DNA of 63,973 bases, the filler included. It is 9 parts of 9 records of this genome, joined end to end, with 100 filler letters (N's around TTAATTAATTAA, not from the genome) between each part and the next. Parts side by side here need not be neighbours in the genome. Positions count along the whole stretch, not along the records: positions 47,917 to 52,944 come from SRR31156797_82094; positions 53,045 to 58,716 come from SRR31156797_82245; positions 58,817 to 63,973 come from SRR31156797_86013; 6 more parts are not named here. One strand, 5' to 3'. Position 1 is the first letter of the stretch; each line of letters opens with the position of its first letter. Below, piece by piece: positions 50,314-60,705 of this stretch. The notes beneath the pieces were generated by a model, which was given only the letters and a program-made list of their open reading frames with translations, was not told where the DNA came from and did no database searches. A program made the translations under genes and the position numbers.

Positions 50314-51795
50314 ATGAATCAGAAGAAATTTCACAGAACGATCTATACCGGGGGAGCCGTTACAGCTGGCCTTCTAATAGTTGGCCTAGCCCTGCTGTTG
50401 CTGGATTCGGGTTTGGGTGATGCGATTCCGGTTGCGGCTATCGGTTTAGCGATCCTTACCGGGGCCTTTACCATCTTTCGAGCGATCTCCGATTTTCGGG
50501 ATCTGAACGCCTGGTACGAACAGATCCTCGATTTTGTCTACCTGCCTATGTCGATCACCGATAACGACATGAACTGGACATTCGTAAACGCTCCGGTGAA
50601 AAATATCATCGGTGTTGAGCGGGCCGATATTCTGGGGCACCAATGCTCGGAATGGAACGCCGATATCTGCGGGACCGAAAAATGCGGGATTGCCATGCTC
50701 CGCAATGGTCTGGCAACCTCTCATTTCACCAATGAGGGGGTAAACCGAAACTTCCAGGTGGATACCACCTACCTCTACAGCCGGAAGGACAAGGAGAAGA
50801 AAATCGGTCACCTTGAACTGGTTTCTGATGTAACAACCAAGGTCCGACTTGGATCGGCGGTGTCGAGTCTGAAAGGATCTTCCCAGAATCTTGCATCGAC
50901 CATTGAGGAAGAGGCCGCAACGACTACCGAAATATCCGCCACGGCGGAAGAGTTTTCAAAGAATCTGGAGTCCATCACCAGCAACACCGAGAAGCAGTAT
51001 GGGATTGTGGAAGAAATAGTCTCCTCTCTGGAAGAGATGACGGCCAGTGTTGAATCTGTTTCGATGAATGCCGGAGGGGTGGCCGAAAAATCGCGGGAAA
51101 ATGTTCAGGAAGCTGTGAAAGGGCAGGAGCTAATCACCAATTCTCTGGAAGGAATTAACGTTGTAACCTCCAGCCTTGTGTCCATAGAAGAGCAGGTGCA
51201 AGAGCTCAATGAGAAGACCCAGAAAGTGGATGAGATCCTCCAGGTCATAAACGGGATCGCCGCCCAGACCAATCTTCTCTCTATGAATGCCGCCATTGAA
51301 GCGGCCCACGCCGGTGACGCCGGGAAAGGGTTCAGTGTCGTTGCCGCCGAAATTCGGAAGCTTGCCGAAACCTCACAGAACTCCTCCCGGGAAATTGAAT
51401 TAATCCTGGGGGAGATAAAAGAGGGGGTTCAGGGGACGATTACGATTTCCAGTCAGAGCCGTGCTCAGGTGGAGTCAAATTTGAGTAATTTCGGGGTGTC
51501 CCTTGATTCTCTGAAACAGATCGTCGCGAATGTGAACAATATCGATGCCAGGATCGCCGAGATCAACTCCATTACCGATGAACAGGCCAATGCGACTTCG
51601 GATATTCTAAATAATGCGCGGGGATTGAAGTCCATATCTGATGAGTTGAAGGGGTCGGTGAAGGAGCAGTCTCTCGGGATCAACCAGATTTCCGATGCCC
51701 TGCAGACCCTCGTGGTCGGGACCAATGAGAATGTGGAAGAGGCGGATAAGCTGATGCGGACGGCCCAGGAACTGGATCTGGGAGAGGACGTTTGA
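50314..51795 (+). CDS. Methyl-accepting chemotaxis protein with PAS-like domain
   Basis: Two N-terminal TMs, PAS-like segment, [36 protein letters not shown]. Confidence 0.93.
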   Translation: MNQKKFHRTIYTGGAVTAGLLIVGLALLLLDSGLGDAIPVAAIGLAILTGAFTIFRAISDFRDLNAWYEQILDFVYLPMSITDNDMNWTFVNAPVKNIIGVERADILGHQCSEWNADICGTEKCGIAMLRNGLATSHFTNEGVNRNFQVDTTYLYSRKDKEKKIGHLELVSDVTTKVRLGSAVSSLKGSSQNLASTIEEEAATTTEISATAEEFSKNLESITSNTEKQYGIVEEIVSSLEEMTASVESVSMNAGGVAEKSRENVQEAVKGQELITNSLEGINVVTSSLVSIEEQVQELNEKTQKVDEILQVINGIAAQTNLLSMNAAIEAAHAGDAGKGFSVVAAEIRKLAETSQNSSREIELILGEIKEGVQGTITISSQSRAQVESNLSNFGVSLDSLKQIVANVNNIDARIAEINSITDEQANATSDILNNARGLKSISDELKGSVKEQSLGINQISDALQTLVVGTNENVEEADKLMRTAQELDLGEDV

Positions 51796-51838
51796 CAGCC
51801 TGGTGCGCCAGGATGATGTCAGAATATGAACCTTTAGA

Positions 51839-52708
51839 CTACTGACCTCTCTTTTGCTGGAGTGATCTCTGATTGAGGTGTAATTCCCTGAATCTTCCGG
51901 GACTTATACCTTCAATCTTTTTAAAGGTGGAGCAGAAATAGCTGGAACTTTCGTAGCCTGTGGATTTCGAAACCTCTTCAACCTTCATTACCGGATTGTT
52001 CAACAGGATATCTTTGCTCTTGGTTATCCTGACATTGTTCAGGTACTCCATGGGCCGCTGTTTCAAAAGCCCTTTAAAGAGGAGGCAGAGGTATTGGGGG
52101 GTGACTCCGATAAGCCCGGCCATGGCATCTATATTTACTGAATTGCGGTAGTGACTATCGATATATTCAAGTACCGGTTTCAATCTACTATGCATGAAAG
52201 GAACCGATGAGCCGTCTCTTTGATAGGCGTATTTCTTGAATGTCACCAGAAACTCATAGACCAGAGCCGAAGTCTCCAGGCCTTTCAGGCTGTTGTTTGA
52301 TTTCAGCAAATCCAGAGCCCTGCGGATTTTGCTTGTGAATATTTCCAGATGGGCGACCGAGTATACATCCGATCGCTTTATATCGAGCTGCTTTAAAAAC
52401 TCTTTAAGGTGAAACCCGTTGAAGGTAAACCAGTTCACAATCCAGGGGGAGTCGAGGGTGTGGTATTCATGAGGAGTGTGGGGAAACAGAAAGATCCCCT
52501 GATTTTCTTCAACAATGTATGTTTTGTTGTGTACTGTTAATTCCCCCCTTCCCTTCACAACCTGAATCCACTGATAGTGGGGGTACCCATCCGGCCGGTC
52601 GTGGGGATCCAGTTCCTGATGGAAATCAAGTCCGGCTCCAATCAGATAGAAGGGGTATTTTTTTTCTGATTCCGAAAGTAAAGCAAAATTAAAATCGCCT
52701 ATGCTCAA
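51839..52708 (-). CDS. AraC family transcriptional regulator
   Basis: N-terminal cupin; C-terminal GYESSSYFCSTFKK.EG.SP..FR; TTG start after GGAGGAGG. Confidence 0.9.
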   Translation of the reverse strand: MSIGDFNFALLSESEKKYPFYLIGAGLDFHQELDPHDRPDGYPHYQWIQVVKGRGELTVHNKTYIVEENQGIFLFPHTPHEYHTLDSPWIVNWFTFNGFHLKEFLKQLDIKRSDVYSVAHLEIFTSKIRRALDLLKSNNSLKGLETSALVYEFLVTFKKYAYQRDGSSVPFMHSRLKPVLEYIDSHYRNSVNIDAMAGLIGVTPQYLCLLFKGLLKQRPMEYLNNVRITKSKDILLNNPVMKVEEVSKSTGYESSSYFCSTFKKIEGISPGRFRELHLNQRSLQQKRGQ

Positions 52709-53113
52709 ATCCTCCTCCCCATGCCGGTATGTGTTCCGGCCTCTCAATATCCGTATTATAGGGAACAAAATAAATAATTTGAAGGCCGATGTAAAAATAT
52801 GAAACTAAGTTGTACCGGTTTTTCACTTCTTTCCAATTCCCGGCTATTGCGGGGAGAAAAAACATGAATTATCATTGATCCACAATTTGGAGAATTCGAT
52901 TCTGATCAGGAGACAGAGCATGAAATTGGAGAACGGGAAATATANNNNNNNNNNNNNNNNNNNNNNNNNNNNNNNNNNNNNNNNNNNNTTAATTAATTAA
53001 NNNNNNNNNNNNNNNNNNNNNNNNNNNNNNNNNNNNNNNNNNNNTTTTCCTTGCTTGATCAGTCCGGCCCCAATCATTATGATAGGCCCAGATAAAATGA
53101 GGATGAAAAGGCA

Positions 53114-53401
53114 TTGGAAACCATAGAACATACCCCCGAGGGAACCTGCTGCCGCAGCATGAGGATCACTCTGGAAAACGATATAATACTGACAGTTGAT
53201 TTCGAGAAGGGCTGCCCCGGAAACCTGAAGGGCATCAAGGCCCTGGTAGAGGGCCTGCACAGGGACGAAGTCATTCGCAGGCTCAAGGGAATAGACTGCT
53301 ACGGAAAGGATACCTCCTGCCCCGACCAGCTCGCATTGGCCCTCGGCGGGGAGGAAGCTTCAGAAGAGCGGGAGCTTCAGAGCGCGGAAGCGATCTCCTG
53401 A
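53114..53401 (+). CDS. TIGR03905-type TSCPD domain protein
   Basis: P.GTC, GCPGNL.GI..LVEG, L.GI.C..K.TSCPDQLA. Confidence 0.85.
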   Translation: METIEHTPEGTCCRSMRITLENDIILTVDFEKGCPGNLKGIKALVEGLHRDEVIRRLKGIDCYGKDTSCPDQLALALGGEEASEERELQSAEAIS

Positions 53402-54243
53402 ACAAAGGCGTCCAGCAGACGCAGGGCCGAACGTTTTCTGTAAAAAGCCGTAGATCTCTGGTCGTCGATGGGACGAATCGCCTCCTCATACCGGGGACGA
53501 ATCGCCGCCCAGGCCTTCTCCAGTTCAGAGAGGGAGACGCCTTGAAGGGCCTTTTCCGCCTCAGGCAGGCGGACCACGACGGCGGCCACGGCGCCCAGGG
53601 TCATCCGGATATCCTTTAACCGGCCCTCTTCCGCCTGGGCCCAGAGGCAAACGGAGAGCTTGGAGAGGGCGTTGGCCTTGCGGGTTCCCACCTTGCGGTA
53701 GCTCAGCCTTCCCTCCCCTTCTGCCTTGACAAAAGCCAACGGGATGCGCACCGACTCGATAAGCTCGTTATCAGCCAGAACGGTCCTGCCCGGGCCCGTC
53801 ACAAAATCTCTTACCGGGATCTCCCGGCTTCCCGATTTTGATACCAGCCTCACAGAGGCGTCCATAAGGATCAAAGGAGGAAGAGAGTCCGCAGCGGGCG
53901 AGGCGTTCTGTATGTTTCCCGCCAGGGTGGCCAGGTTCCTTAGGGCCGGCGCGGCGATCCCCTCCACAGCCAGAGCCAGGCATTCGGGAAGATTCCCATA
54001 CCCGAGGATCTCATTCATAGGCAGCCCGCCTCCGATGCAGAGGCCCCCTTTCTCCTCCCGGATATACTGCAGCTCCTTCAGATGACCCACGGCCATAACG
54101 GATCCGGGGAATGAGGCGGGGAGGCTGCTCCAGTTCTCATAGCGGACCATAAGGTCGGTTCCCCCGGCCAGAGGGATCAGCCCTTTGGAGGCCTTCAGCT
54201 CGAGAGCCTCTTCCAGGGTTTCGGGATAATAGAAGTTTACCAT
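53377..54243 (-). CDS. Xanthine dehydrogenase family FAD-binding subunit
   Basis: AGGTDL, RNLATLAGNI.NASPAAD, KVG.R.A.A, PIDDQRSTA.YR. Confidence 0.92.
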   Translation of the reverse strand: MVNFYYPETLEEALELKASKGLIPLAGGTDLMVRYENWSSLPASFPGSVMAVGHLKELQYIREEKGGLCIGGGLPMNEILGYGNLPECLALAVEGIAAPALRNLATLAGNIQNASPAADSLPPLILMDASVRLVSKSGSREIPVRDFVTGPGRTVLADNELIESVRIPLAFVKAEGEGRLSYRKVGTRKANALSKLSVCLWAQAEEGRLKDIRMTLGAVAAVVVRLPEAEKALQGVSLSELEKAWAAIRPRYEEAIRPIDDQRSTAFYRKRSALRLLDAFVQEIASAL

Positions 54244-54716
54244 AGCCCCTTCCCCCTTTCGGCCGCCAGCTGAACGGCCTTGACGATATGATCGTATCCG
54301 GTACAGCGGCAGAGGTTTCCAGACAATCCCTTCCGTATGGTCTGCTCATCGGGATGCGCGTCCTGGGAGAGTATGAACTCGGAGGCCAGCACCATTCCGG
54401 GGGTACAGAATCCGCACTGTACCGCTCCCGAATCCGAAAAGGCCTCGATCAGGCAGCTGCCCCGTTCGCTCTCCCTGAACCCGTCAATGGTAACCACAGA
54501 CCTTCCCGGAACCGTCCCCATGGCGACGAGACAGCTGTTCACCAGCTTGCCGTCCATAAGAACCGAACAGGCGCCGCATTCGCCCTCGCCGCAGCCCTCT
54601 TTCGTTCCCGTATACTCATAGTCCTCTCTCAGGACGTCCAACAGTCTCCGCAGGGAGCTGCCCTCGTATACGACCTCTTTTCCATTCAGTACGAATCTGA
54701 TCTTACCGTCCTTCAT
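54237..54716 (-). CDS. Xanthine dehydrogenase family 2Fe-2S subunit
   Basis: GCGEGECGAC, QCGFCTPG, GNLCRCTGY. Confidence 0.94.
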   Translation of the reverse strand: MKDGKIRFVLNGKEVVYEGSSLRRLLDVLREDYEYTGTKEGCGEGECGACSVLMDGKLVNSCLVAMGTVPGRSVVTIDGFRESERGSCLIEAFSDSGAVQCGFCTPGMVLASEFILSQDAHPDEQTIRKGLSGNLCRCTGYDHIVKAVQLAAERGKGLW

Positions 54717-56841
54717 CTGTCAGCTCCATAAGGGTTTCCGGAAGAACCGGCACCTCGTCGATTATTGTGTCCGCGGCCTGGGAAACGGCTGCGGCGAAGG
54801 CGGGAGCGGCCCCGTTGAAAACCATCTCGCCCACCCCCTTGGCGCCGAAGGCGCCGTATTCAAAAGGATTGTCCACGATATCGCACTGGGTCGACGGGAA
54901 ATCCATGCTTGTGGGAATCGTATAGTCGGCCATGGTGGTCTGTCTGAAGCGCCCGTTCTCGAACTGCAGCTTCTCGAGATGACCGTAGCCCAGGGCCTGG
55001 ATCATGCCTCCGATGATCTGTCCTTCCACGATCAAACGGTCAATGGGAACGCCCAGTTCGTAGACCCCCCAGATGCCTTTGGTATCCACCTCGCAGGTGC
55101 AGGGGTCCATCTCGATCTCTACGATGTTCACCCCCCAGCTGTAGGCGGGATAGGCGTCGCCGTGAAGCTTCTCCTGATCCCACTCCACCATAAAGTCGGG
55201 CGCTTCGTAGTCCTGAACCACCGTCTGCTCCTCACCGCTCTTCCAATCGACCTTCATCTTCTCCGCAGCCTTCTGAACCAGAAATCCCACCACAGAGATG
55301 GAACGGGAGGCCACGGTGGGACCGGAGTTGGGGACTTTATCCGTATCGGGCTGGACGCAGCTGATTTTATCCAATGGATAATCCAGGGCCTGGGCGGCCA
55401 CCTTGCAGAAGGTCGTGCTCAGCCCCTGCCCCATCTCCACATTGGAGGCATGGATGAACACGCGGTCTTCCCTGTCTTTCGTCAATCGGATCCGGGCCTT
55501 GATCAGATCCCGCTCTCCGTTGCCCGTGAATCCGCAGCCGTGGTTGAACAGGGAGATACCGATCCCTTTGTAAGGCTCGTTTCTGTAGGCCTCGAATTTT
55601 TCCCGGTACCCCGACATATCCAGAGCCCGGTCGATCATCCGGGGCATCAGCACCTTTTCGTGGATACGCCCTTCGGTAACGGTGGGATCCCCCTGTTTGA
55701 GCAGGTACTTCCTCCTCAGATCCAGGGGATTCTCTCCCAGCTCATAGGCCAGGAAGTTCATATGCGATTCCACGGCAAAGACGATCTGGGGGGCCCCGAA
55801 GCCGCGGAAGGCGTCGAAGGGGACCTTGTTGGTCAGAAAGCCCCGTCCGCTGACCCGTACGTGGGGGATATTATAGACATTGCCGGCTGTGAATACGGCA
55901 CGGGAAAGGACCACCATGGTACAGCTCTCGAAGGCGCCGCCGTCCAGCCGCACCTGTATATCATGGGCCAGGATCTCCCCCTCCGCGCTCAGGGCGGTTC
56001 TGATATTGATGGCCGAGGGATGCCGCTTCACCGTATAGGCCAGGTCCTCCTTGCGGTCCAGAACCAGTTTCACCGGTTTCTTTATGCGGGCGACGGCTAC
56101 CGCCAGAGGGCCCGCCAGGACATCGGGAAAGTGCTCCTTCCCTCCGAAGGCTCCCCCCGTGGGGGTCTGGATAATCCTGACATGGTCCTTGTCCATGCCG
56201 AGGGCCCCCATCAGGGATTTCTGAATGTAATAGGGACACTGGGCGGAGGCATGGATGATAACCGAGTCGTCCTCCCAGTGGGCGAAGAAGCTCTGGGGCT
56301 CCATATAGACATGCTCCTGGGGTCCCGTATAGTACTCGTGCTCCAGGATACGCGCCGCCGACTCGAATACGGGATCCACCGAGCCGTGTTCGAAATCGAA
56401 ACGGGTGAATACATTGTCGTCACCATGCTGGGCACCGCCCAGAAGGGCCTCCGATTCTTCAAGGGTGACGACGGGGGTTGCCTCCCTGTACTCCACCTCT
56501 ATGGCCGCCAGCAGATCCAGTACGGTCTGTTTCTCCGGTCCCACCACCAGGAAGACGACCTGCCCCAGGTAACGGACCTCCCGGTCGGCGAACACAGGCC
56601 AGTCCTCGTTGATCATATGCAGGGCGTTTTTGCCGGGAACATCCCCGGCGCCGATGATGTGGTAGCCTTCGGGAAGGTCGGGAAGATTTACGGAAACGAT
56701 GGTTCCCCTGGCGACGGAGGAGTAGTAGCAACGGGCGTAAAGGGGCGAGACGGGGAACTGATCGGAAAGGTACTCTGTGTATCCCCCCGCCTTCTCGACA
56801 GCATCCTTTCTCCTGACGCTCGTGCTTATGGAATGAGCCAT
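54703..56841 (-). CDS. Xanthine dehydrogenase family molybdopterin-binding subunit
   Basis: QEHVYMEP, GGAFGGK, AFRGFGAPQ, EMGQG, T.ASR, GAKGVGE. Confidence 0.93.
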   Translation of the reverse strand: MAHSISTSVRRKDAVEKAGGYTEYLSDQFPVSPLYARCYYSSVARGTIVSVNLPDLPEGYHIIGAGDVPGKNALHMINEDWPVFADREVRYLGQVVFLVVGPEKQTVLDLLAAIEVEYREATPVVTLEESEALLGGAQHGDDNVFTRFDFEHGSVDPVFESAARILEHEYYTGPQEHVYMEPQSFFAHWEDDSVIIHASAQCPYYIQKSLMGALGMDKDHVRIIQTPTGGAFGGKEHFPDVLAGPLAVAVARIKKPVKLVLDRKEDLAYTVKRHPSAINIRTALSAEGEILAHDIQVRLDGGAFESCTMVVLSRAVFTAGNVYNIPHVRVSGRGFLTNKVPFDAFRGFGAPQIVFAVESHMNFLAYELGENPLDLRRKYLLKQGDPTVTEGRIHEKVLMPRMIDRALDMSGYREKFEAYRNEPYKGIGISLFNHGCGFTGNGERDLIKARIRLTKDREDRVFIHASNVEMGQGLSTTFCKVAAQALDYPLDKISCVQPDTDKVPNSGPTVASRSISVVGFLVQKAAEKMKVDWKSGEEQTVVQDYEAPDFMVEWDQEKLHGDAYPAYSWGVNIVEIEMDPCTCEVDTKGIWGVYELGVPIDRLIVEGQIIGGMIQALGYGHLEKLQFENGRFRQTTMADYTIPTSMDFPSTQCDIVDNPFEYGAFGAKGVGEMVFNGAAPAFAAAVSQAADTIIDEVPVLPETLMELTDEGR

Positions 56842-56935
56842 ATATATCCCCCGCATTGTAATCTATTTCCGGTACACCGTACTCGGATTAATTATCAGGC
56901 GGGCATGGGCATTTGTCTATGATTTCAGAGAAAGG

Positions 56936-57592
56936 TCATACCTCAAGGCCCTCGGCACGGGCCATTTCCTTCAGGCGGTCCCGGGTTTTCCAGTGATGCT
57001 TCATGATCAGTTGCTGGGCCAGATCGGGCATCCCCGCACGGATGGCGGAAACGATCTCCCGGTGCTCCTTAAGGGTCTCGTTGGGGGTCCGGATCAGCCC
57101 CTTCTGGTAACAGCGGAGCACGAACTCGAAGTTGCGGATAAAGTCCTGGATCACCCTGTTCCCCGAAAGCCTCAGGATGGCGGCGTGAAACTCCTGATCC
57201 TTTTTCTGATACTCCTTGAAGCGCTCTTCCGGAATAGGAAGAGAGAAACCGTCGAAGTTCTCCAGGACCTTCCGGAACTCCGCTGTGCTCTCCTTCTCCA
57301 TACAGAGATAGAGGGCCGTCCCCTCCAGTCCGGCCCGGACGGAAAAGAGCTCCATAAGATCCTTGTTGTTGAAGCTGCGGACGAAAAGGCTGGAATGCTC
57401 TCTCTGCTCGATGATCCCTTCCCGGACCAGACGGCTGACCGCCTCGTTCACAGGTGTCTGACTGACGCCGATCAGGGAGGCAAGCTCCTTTTTCAGAACC
57501 CTCTCCCCCGGTTTGAGATCGTTGTTCAGAAGCATCCTCACGATCTGATCGTAAACCAGGTCACCCAGGGCGTCCCTCGACAGGCGGGACAT
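56936..57592 (-). CDS. GntR family regulator (FCD)
   Basis: wHTH LKPGE...ELA..IGVSQTPV.EA; FCD D.EFH...SGN...EH..I. Confidence 0.9.
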   Translation of the reverse strand: MSRLSRDALGDLVYDQIVRMLLNNDLKPGERVLKKELASLIGVSQTPVNEAVSRLVREGIIEQREHSSLFVRSFNNKDLMELFSVRAGLEGTALYLCMEKESTAEFRKVLENFDGFSLPIPEERFKEYQKKDQEFHAAILRLSGNRVIQDFIRNFEFVLRCYQKGLIRTPNETLKEHREIVSAIRAGMPDLAQQLIMKHHWKTRDRLKEMARAEGLEV

Positions 57593-58236
57593 CAGATCCT
57601 CTGCTCCAGGATGCGCTTGCGTCCGATCTCGATATGCTGCCGCATCTGCTCTTCCGCCCCGTCCCCGTCGCCGGAGGCGATGGCCCGGGCGATGGCTCTG
57701 TGACCGGCAAGGCTTTTGGGACAGTCTATGTGGATATCGTCCTGATTGCTGAGGCTGATGATATTGTAAGATGAGATAATCATCTCCAGCATGACGTTCC
57801 GGCTCATCTCCATCACCATGCCGTGGAAACGGTAGTCATGATGGTTAAACTCGTTCTTGTTGTCTTCACAATCGAAATCTGCAACGCCTGAGACGAAATC
57901 GAGAAGCTTTTTCTTCTCACGATCGCTTCCCTGCTCCGCCGCCCTCCTGGCGCCCAGCGGTTCCAGGCGGAGCCGGATATCGAAGAGATTCAATTCATCG
58001 TCCCTGCTCAGTTCCCTTATGTAATACCCCCTCCGGGGGCGGCTCTCCACGAGCCACTCCTTTTCCAGCTTGGAGAAAGCGGCCAGCAGAGGCGTTCTGG
58101 ATACTCCCAGACTCCGGGCCATGTCCTCCTGCACCAGCTTCTCTCCGGGAACGAGTTTACGCTGCAGGATCATCTCTTTTATATTCTTATACACCTTTTC
58201 CGCAAGGTCTTCGGTTTCCACCTTATATTTCCGCAT
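57592..58236 (-). CDS. GntR family regulator (FCD)
   Basis: LVPGEKL...LGVSRTP, RRGY, DYRFH, M.QHI. Confidence 0.9.
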   Translation of the reverse strand: MRKYKVETEDLAEKVYKNIKEMILQRKLVPGEKLVQEDMARSLGVSRTPLLAAFSKLEKEWLVESRPRRGYYIRELSRDDELNLFDIRLRLEPLGARRAAEQGSDREKKKLLDFVSGVADFDCEDNKNEFNHHDYRFHGMVMEMSRNVMLEMIISSYNIISLSNQDDIHIDCPKSLAGHRAIARAIASGDGDGAEEQMRQHIEIGRKRILEQRI

Positions 58237-58321
58237 AGTACAAAGTATGCCGTGAAACCTGCACGGGGTCAATAGATTTTTTGAATACAAAATTACAAGA
58301 TCAAAAACCGGTAAAAAAACA

Positions 58322-58362
58322 TTGACAGCCCTTCAAAACCGTGCATAAAATATTGTATACAA
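58322..58362 (+). promoter_or_regulatory. Promoter with GntR-type palindrome
   Basis: TTGACA-N18-TAAAAT followed by the palindrome TTGTATACAA (58353-58362) and an AGGAGG RBS. Confidence 0.65.
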
Positions 58363-58382
58363 AATAAAGGAGGCAAAACAGA

Positions 58383-58716
58383 TTGACCGGAACTTCGCCA
58401 GCATTCACCATCTCGCGCTGTTCGACACACTTCTCCTTCAGTGATTTGGTCGACAGTCTGCTCTGGTTGTCCGAAAGGGATTACCAGGCCATGCAGATTG
58501 AGATATTCCATCCTGAGCAGCGGAGTGAGTGGACCGACGAAAACGGCTGCCGCATGAGAGAAGCCGCAGAATCGTCGGGGATGAAGATCAGTCAGTTCGT
58601 AGCGCACTTCCTTCAGAACTCCTTTGTTTCCCCTGAAAGGCTCTCTTCGGATGCAGGGCTGGCCGAGATCGCGGATATCTCCTCTTTCTTGTCTCGATTC
58701 CGGCTGACAGACCTGG
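58383..58716 (+). CDS. Possible sugar-phosphate isomerase/epimerase-like protein, 3'-truncated
   Basis: Strong AGGAGG RBS; open to the contig end; weak TIM-barrel-like pattern (Q.EIF, SQFVAHF). Confidence 0.5.
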
Positions 58717-58816
58717 NNNNNNNNNNNNNNNNNNNNNNNNNNNNNNNNNNNNNNNNNNNNTTAATTAATTAANNNNNNNNNNNNNNNNNNNNNNNNNNNN
58801 NNNNNNNNNNNNNNNN

Positions 58817-58843
58817 GGGTTACGCTGCGCTAACCCAACCTAC
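58817..58843 (-). repeat. GTAG-family REP-like palindrome at contig edge
   Basis: Minus strand GTAGGTTGGGTTAGCGCAGCGTAACCC: GTAG foot plus imperfect hairpin. Confidence 0.55.
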
Positions 58844-59217
58844 ATTACATGGCCGACAAGCGGCCAGGCGTCCTGCTGCGAACCTTTTGATGGAGATTAC
58901 CATCTCATGTCCTTCAATAAAATTACCGAGCGGCGCGTAGAATTTTCACAGGACATCTAGTACAATTTAGGGAAGATCAAATAGGGCCTGTCCATAAATG
59001 GTTCTATTTTCAATCTGTTTCCGTTACGGCTAGATAAATTTGACTCCGACGGATAAAGCCGGCTTTTCCGGATACGCCCGCCTCAGGCGGGCAGCAGAAC
59101 GATATCGGATAATATTTTTTGAATTCGTAGAATATTCCCGCAGTAAGACGTTTCACATTCCTCGACCCCGTAGATAAATCCCACCTATGGTCAGGCGCTA
59201 AAAGCAGAGGCGCACAT

Positions 59218-59805
59218 ATGACCAAACATATGCTGCATCCTGATTATCAATTCCTGGACCAGGTGGAATCCTTGGGACCGTTTAACACCGGTTCCTGTTT
59301 TCAATGCCGCAAGTGTTCCAGCGGATGCCCCGTTAATTTTGCCATGGATATTCTCCCCGACCAGGTGATTCGCCGCGTGATCCTGGGCGAGCGCGAGGAA
59401 GTATTGAATTGCCGCACCATATGGGTGTGCGCTTCCTGCGAAACATGCACCACTCGCTGCCCCAACGATATAGGAATTGCGGAAATGATGGATTGCCTCA
59501 AGGAAATGGCCGTCATGGAAGGCGTGCCTGCGGCCATTCCCCAGGTTCGCATTCTGCACGAAACGTTTTTGAGAAACATGAACCGATGGGGACGGGTTTT
59601 CGAAGGCGGGCTTTTACCTGAATATATGCTGCGAAGCGGAGAGATCAAGCGCAAGTTGAAGGATGGAACCTGGAAATATGATCTTAAATTAAGCCTTCAG
59701 CTTCTGGCCAAGGGCAGGTTGTCCATTCTTCCAAAAAGAATCAAGGGAGTGGACGAGGTGCGTAAAATTATCGCCCGTCCTGAAGAGGAAAGAGGCAGGT
59801 CATGA
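59218..59805 (+). CDS. hdrC: Heterodisulfide reductase subunit C
   Basis: CFQCRKCSSGCP and IWVCASCETCTTRCP; upstream of hdrB. Confidence 0.92.
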   Translation: MTKHMLHPDYQFLDQVESLGPFNTGSCFQCRKCSSGCPVNFAMDILPDQVIRRVILGEREEVLNCRTIWVCASCETCTTRCPNDIGIAEMMDCLKEMAVMEGVPAAIPQVRILHETFLRNMNRWGRVFEGGLLPEYMLRSGEIKRKLKDGTWKYDLKLSLQLLAKGRLSILPKRIKGVDEVRKIIARPEEERGRS

Positions 59806-60665
59806 AGGCGGCTTATTATCCGGGCTGTTCACTGGAAGGCACGGCCAGGCTGGATTATTCGGAATCCCTGCTTGGCGTGTGCTCGGCCCTGGGCATTGAC
59901 CTTGAGGAAATGCCCGACTGGAGCTGCTGCGGGGCCACGGCCGCCCATAGTATCCATAAAAAGGCCGGCATCGGCCTGGCCGCCCGCAACCTGAACATTG
60001 CCGCGGAAATGGACTGCCAGGACCTGCTGGTCCCCTGCCCCATGTGTTTCAACCGTTTGAAAGTTGCGGCCCACGTACTCAAGGATGAGCGCGGAAGCGA
60101 CTACGACATAAGCCTGAAAGAACCCATGCCGGAAGTATGGGACCTGGCGACTTTTTTCGCCACGGAAAAAGTAATCGAAATAATAAAAGCGCACATTAAA
60201 AAGCCGCTCGATGGGCTCAAGGTGGTTTGCTACTACGGCTGCATGGCCAACCGACCGCCGAAAATAACCGGAACCGAAGATTACGAGGATCCCCAGTGCA
60301 TGGACGACATTGTCAGAACATTGGGGGGAGAGCCCTTGCAATGGCCCTATAAAACAGACTGCTGCGGGGCGAGCCTGGTATTGTCTCAACCTGACATAGC
60401 ATTCCGGTTGGTGGACAGATTGTATGACATGGCTATCCGCATGGGAGCGAAAGCCATTGTTGTTTCCTGCCAGATGTGCCAGGCAAACCTGGATATGTAC
60501 CAGGAAAACATACTGGCTTCAAAAGGAACAACGTCAACACTCCCCATCTATTATTTTACGGAGCTGATAGGCGTCGCTTGCGGAGTGACCGCAGCCAGGA
60601 AATGGCTTATCCGGCATATTGCCAACCCCTTTACCCTGTTAAGGGAAATGGGGCTTTTAAAATAA
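59802..60665 (+). CDS. hdrB: Heterodisulfide reductase subunit B
   Basis: YYPGCSL, DWSCCG, CPMC, YYGC, DCCG, CQMCQANLD (two CCG domains). Confidence 0.93.
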   Translation: MKAAYYPGCSLEGTARLDYSESLLGVCSALGIDLEEMPDWSCCGATAAHSIHKKAGIGLAARNLNIAAEMDCQDLLVPCPMCFNRLKVAAHVLKDERGSDYDISLKEPMPEVWDLATFFATEKVIEIIKAHIKKPLDGLKVVCYYGCMANRPPKITGTEDYEDPQCMDDIVRTLGGEPLQWPYKTDCCGASLVLSQPDIAFRLVDRLYDMAIRMGAKAIVVSCQMCQANLDMYQENILASKGTTSTLPIYYFTELIGVACGVTAARKWLIRHIANPFTLLREMGLLK

Positions 60666-60705
60666 AGAAAGAGAATACGCTCCATATTGAGGTGAAACCG
60701 GGAAG

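Noticed and set aside
54979-56922. 647-aa plus-strand ORF and similar long antisense ORFs (e.g. 31631-32920, 24352-25302, 16105-17004)
   Set aside because: These are shadows of well-supported genes on the opposite strand and have no recognisable motifs.
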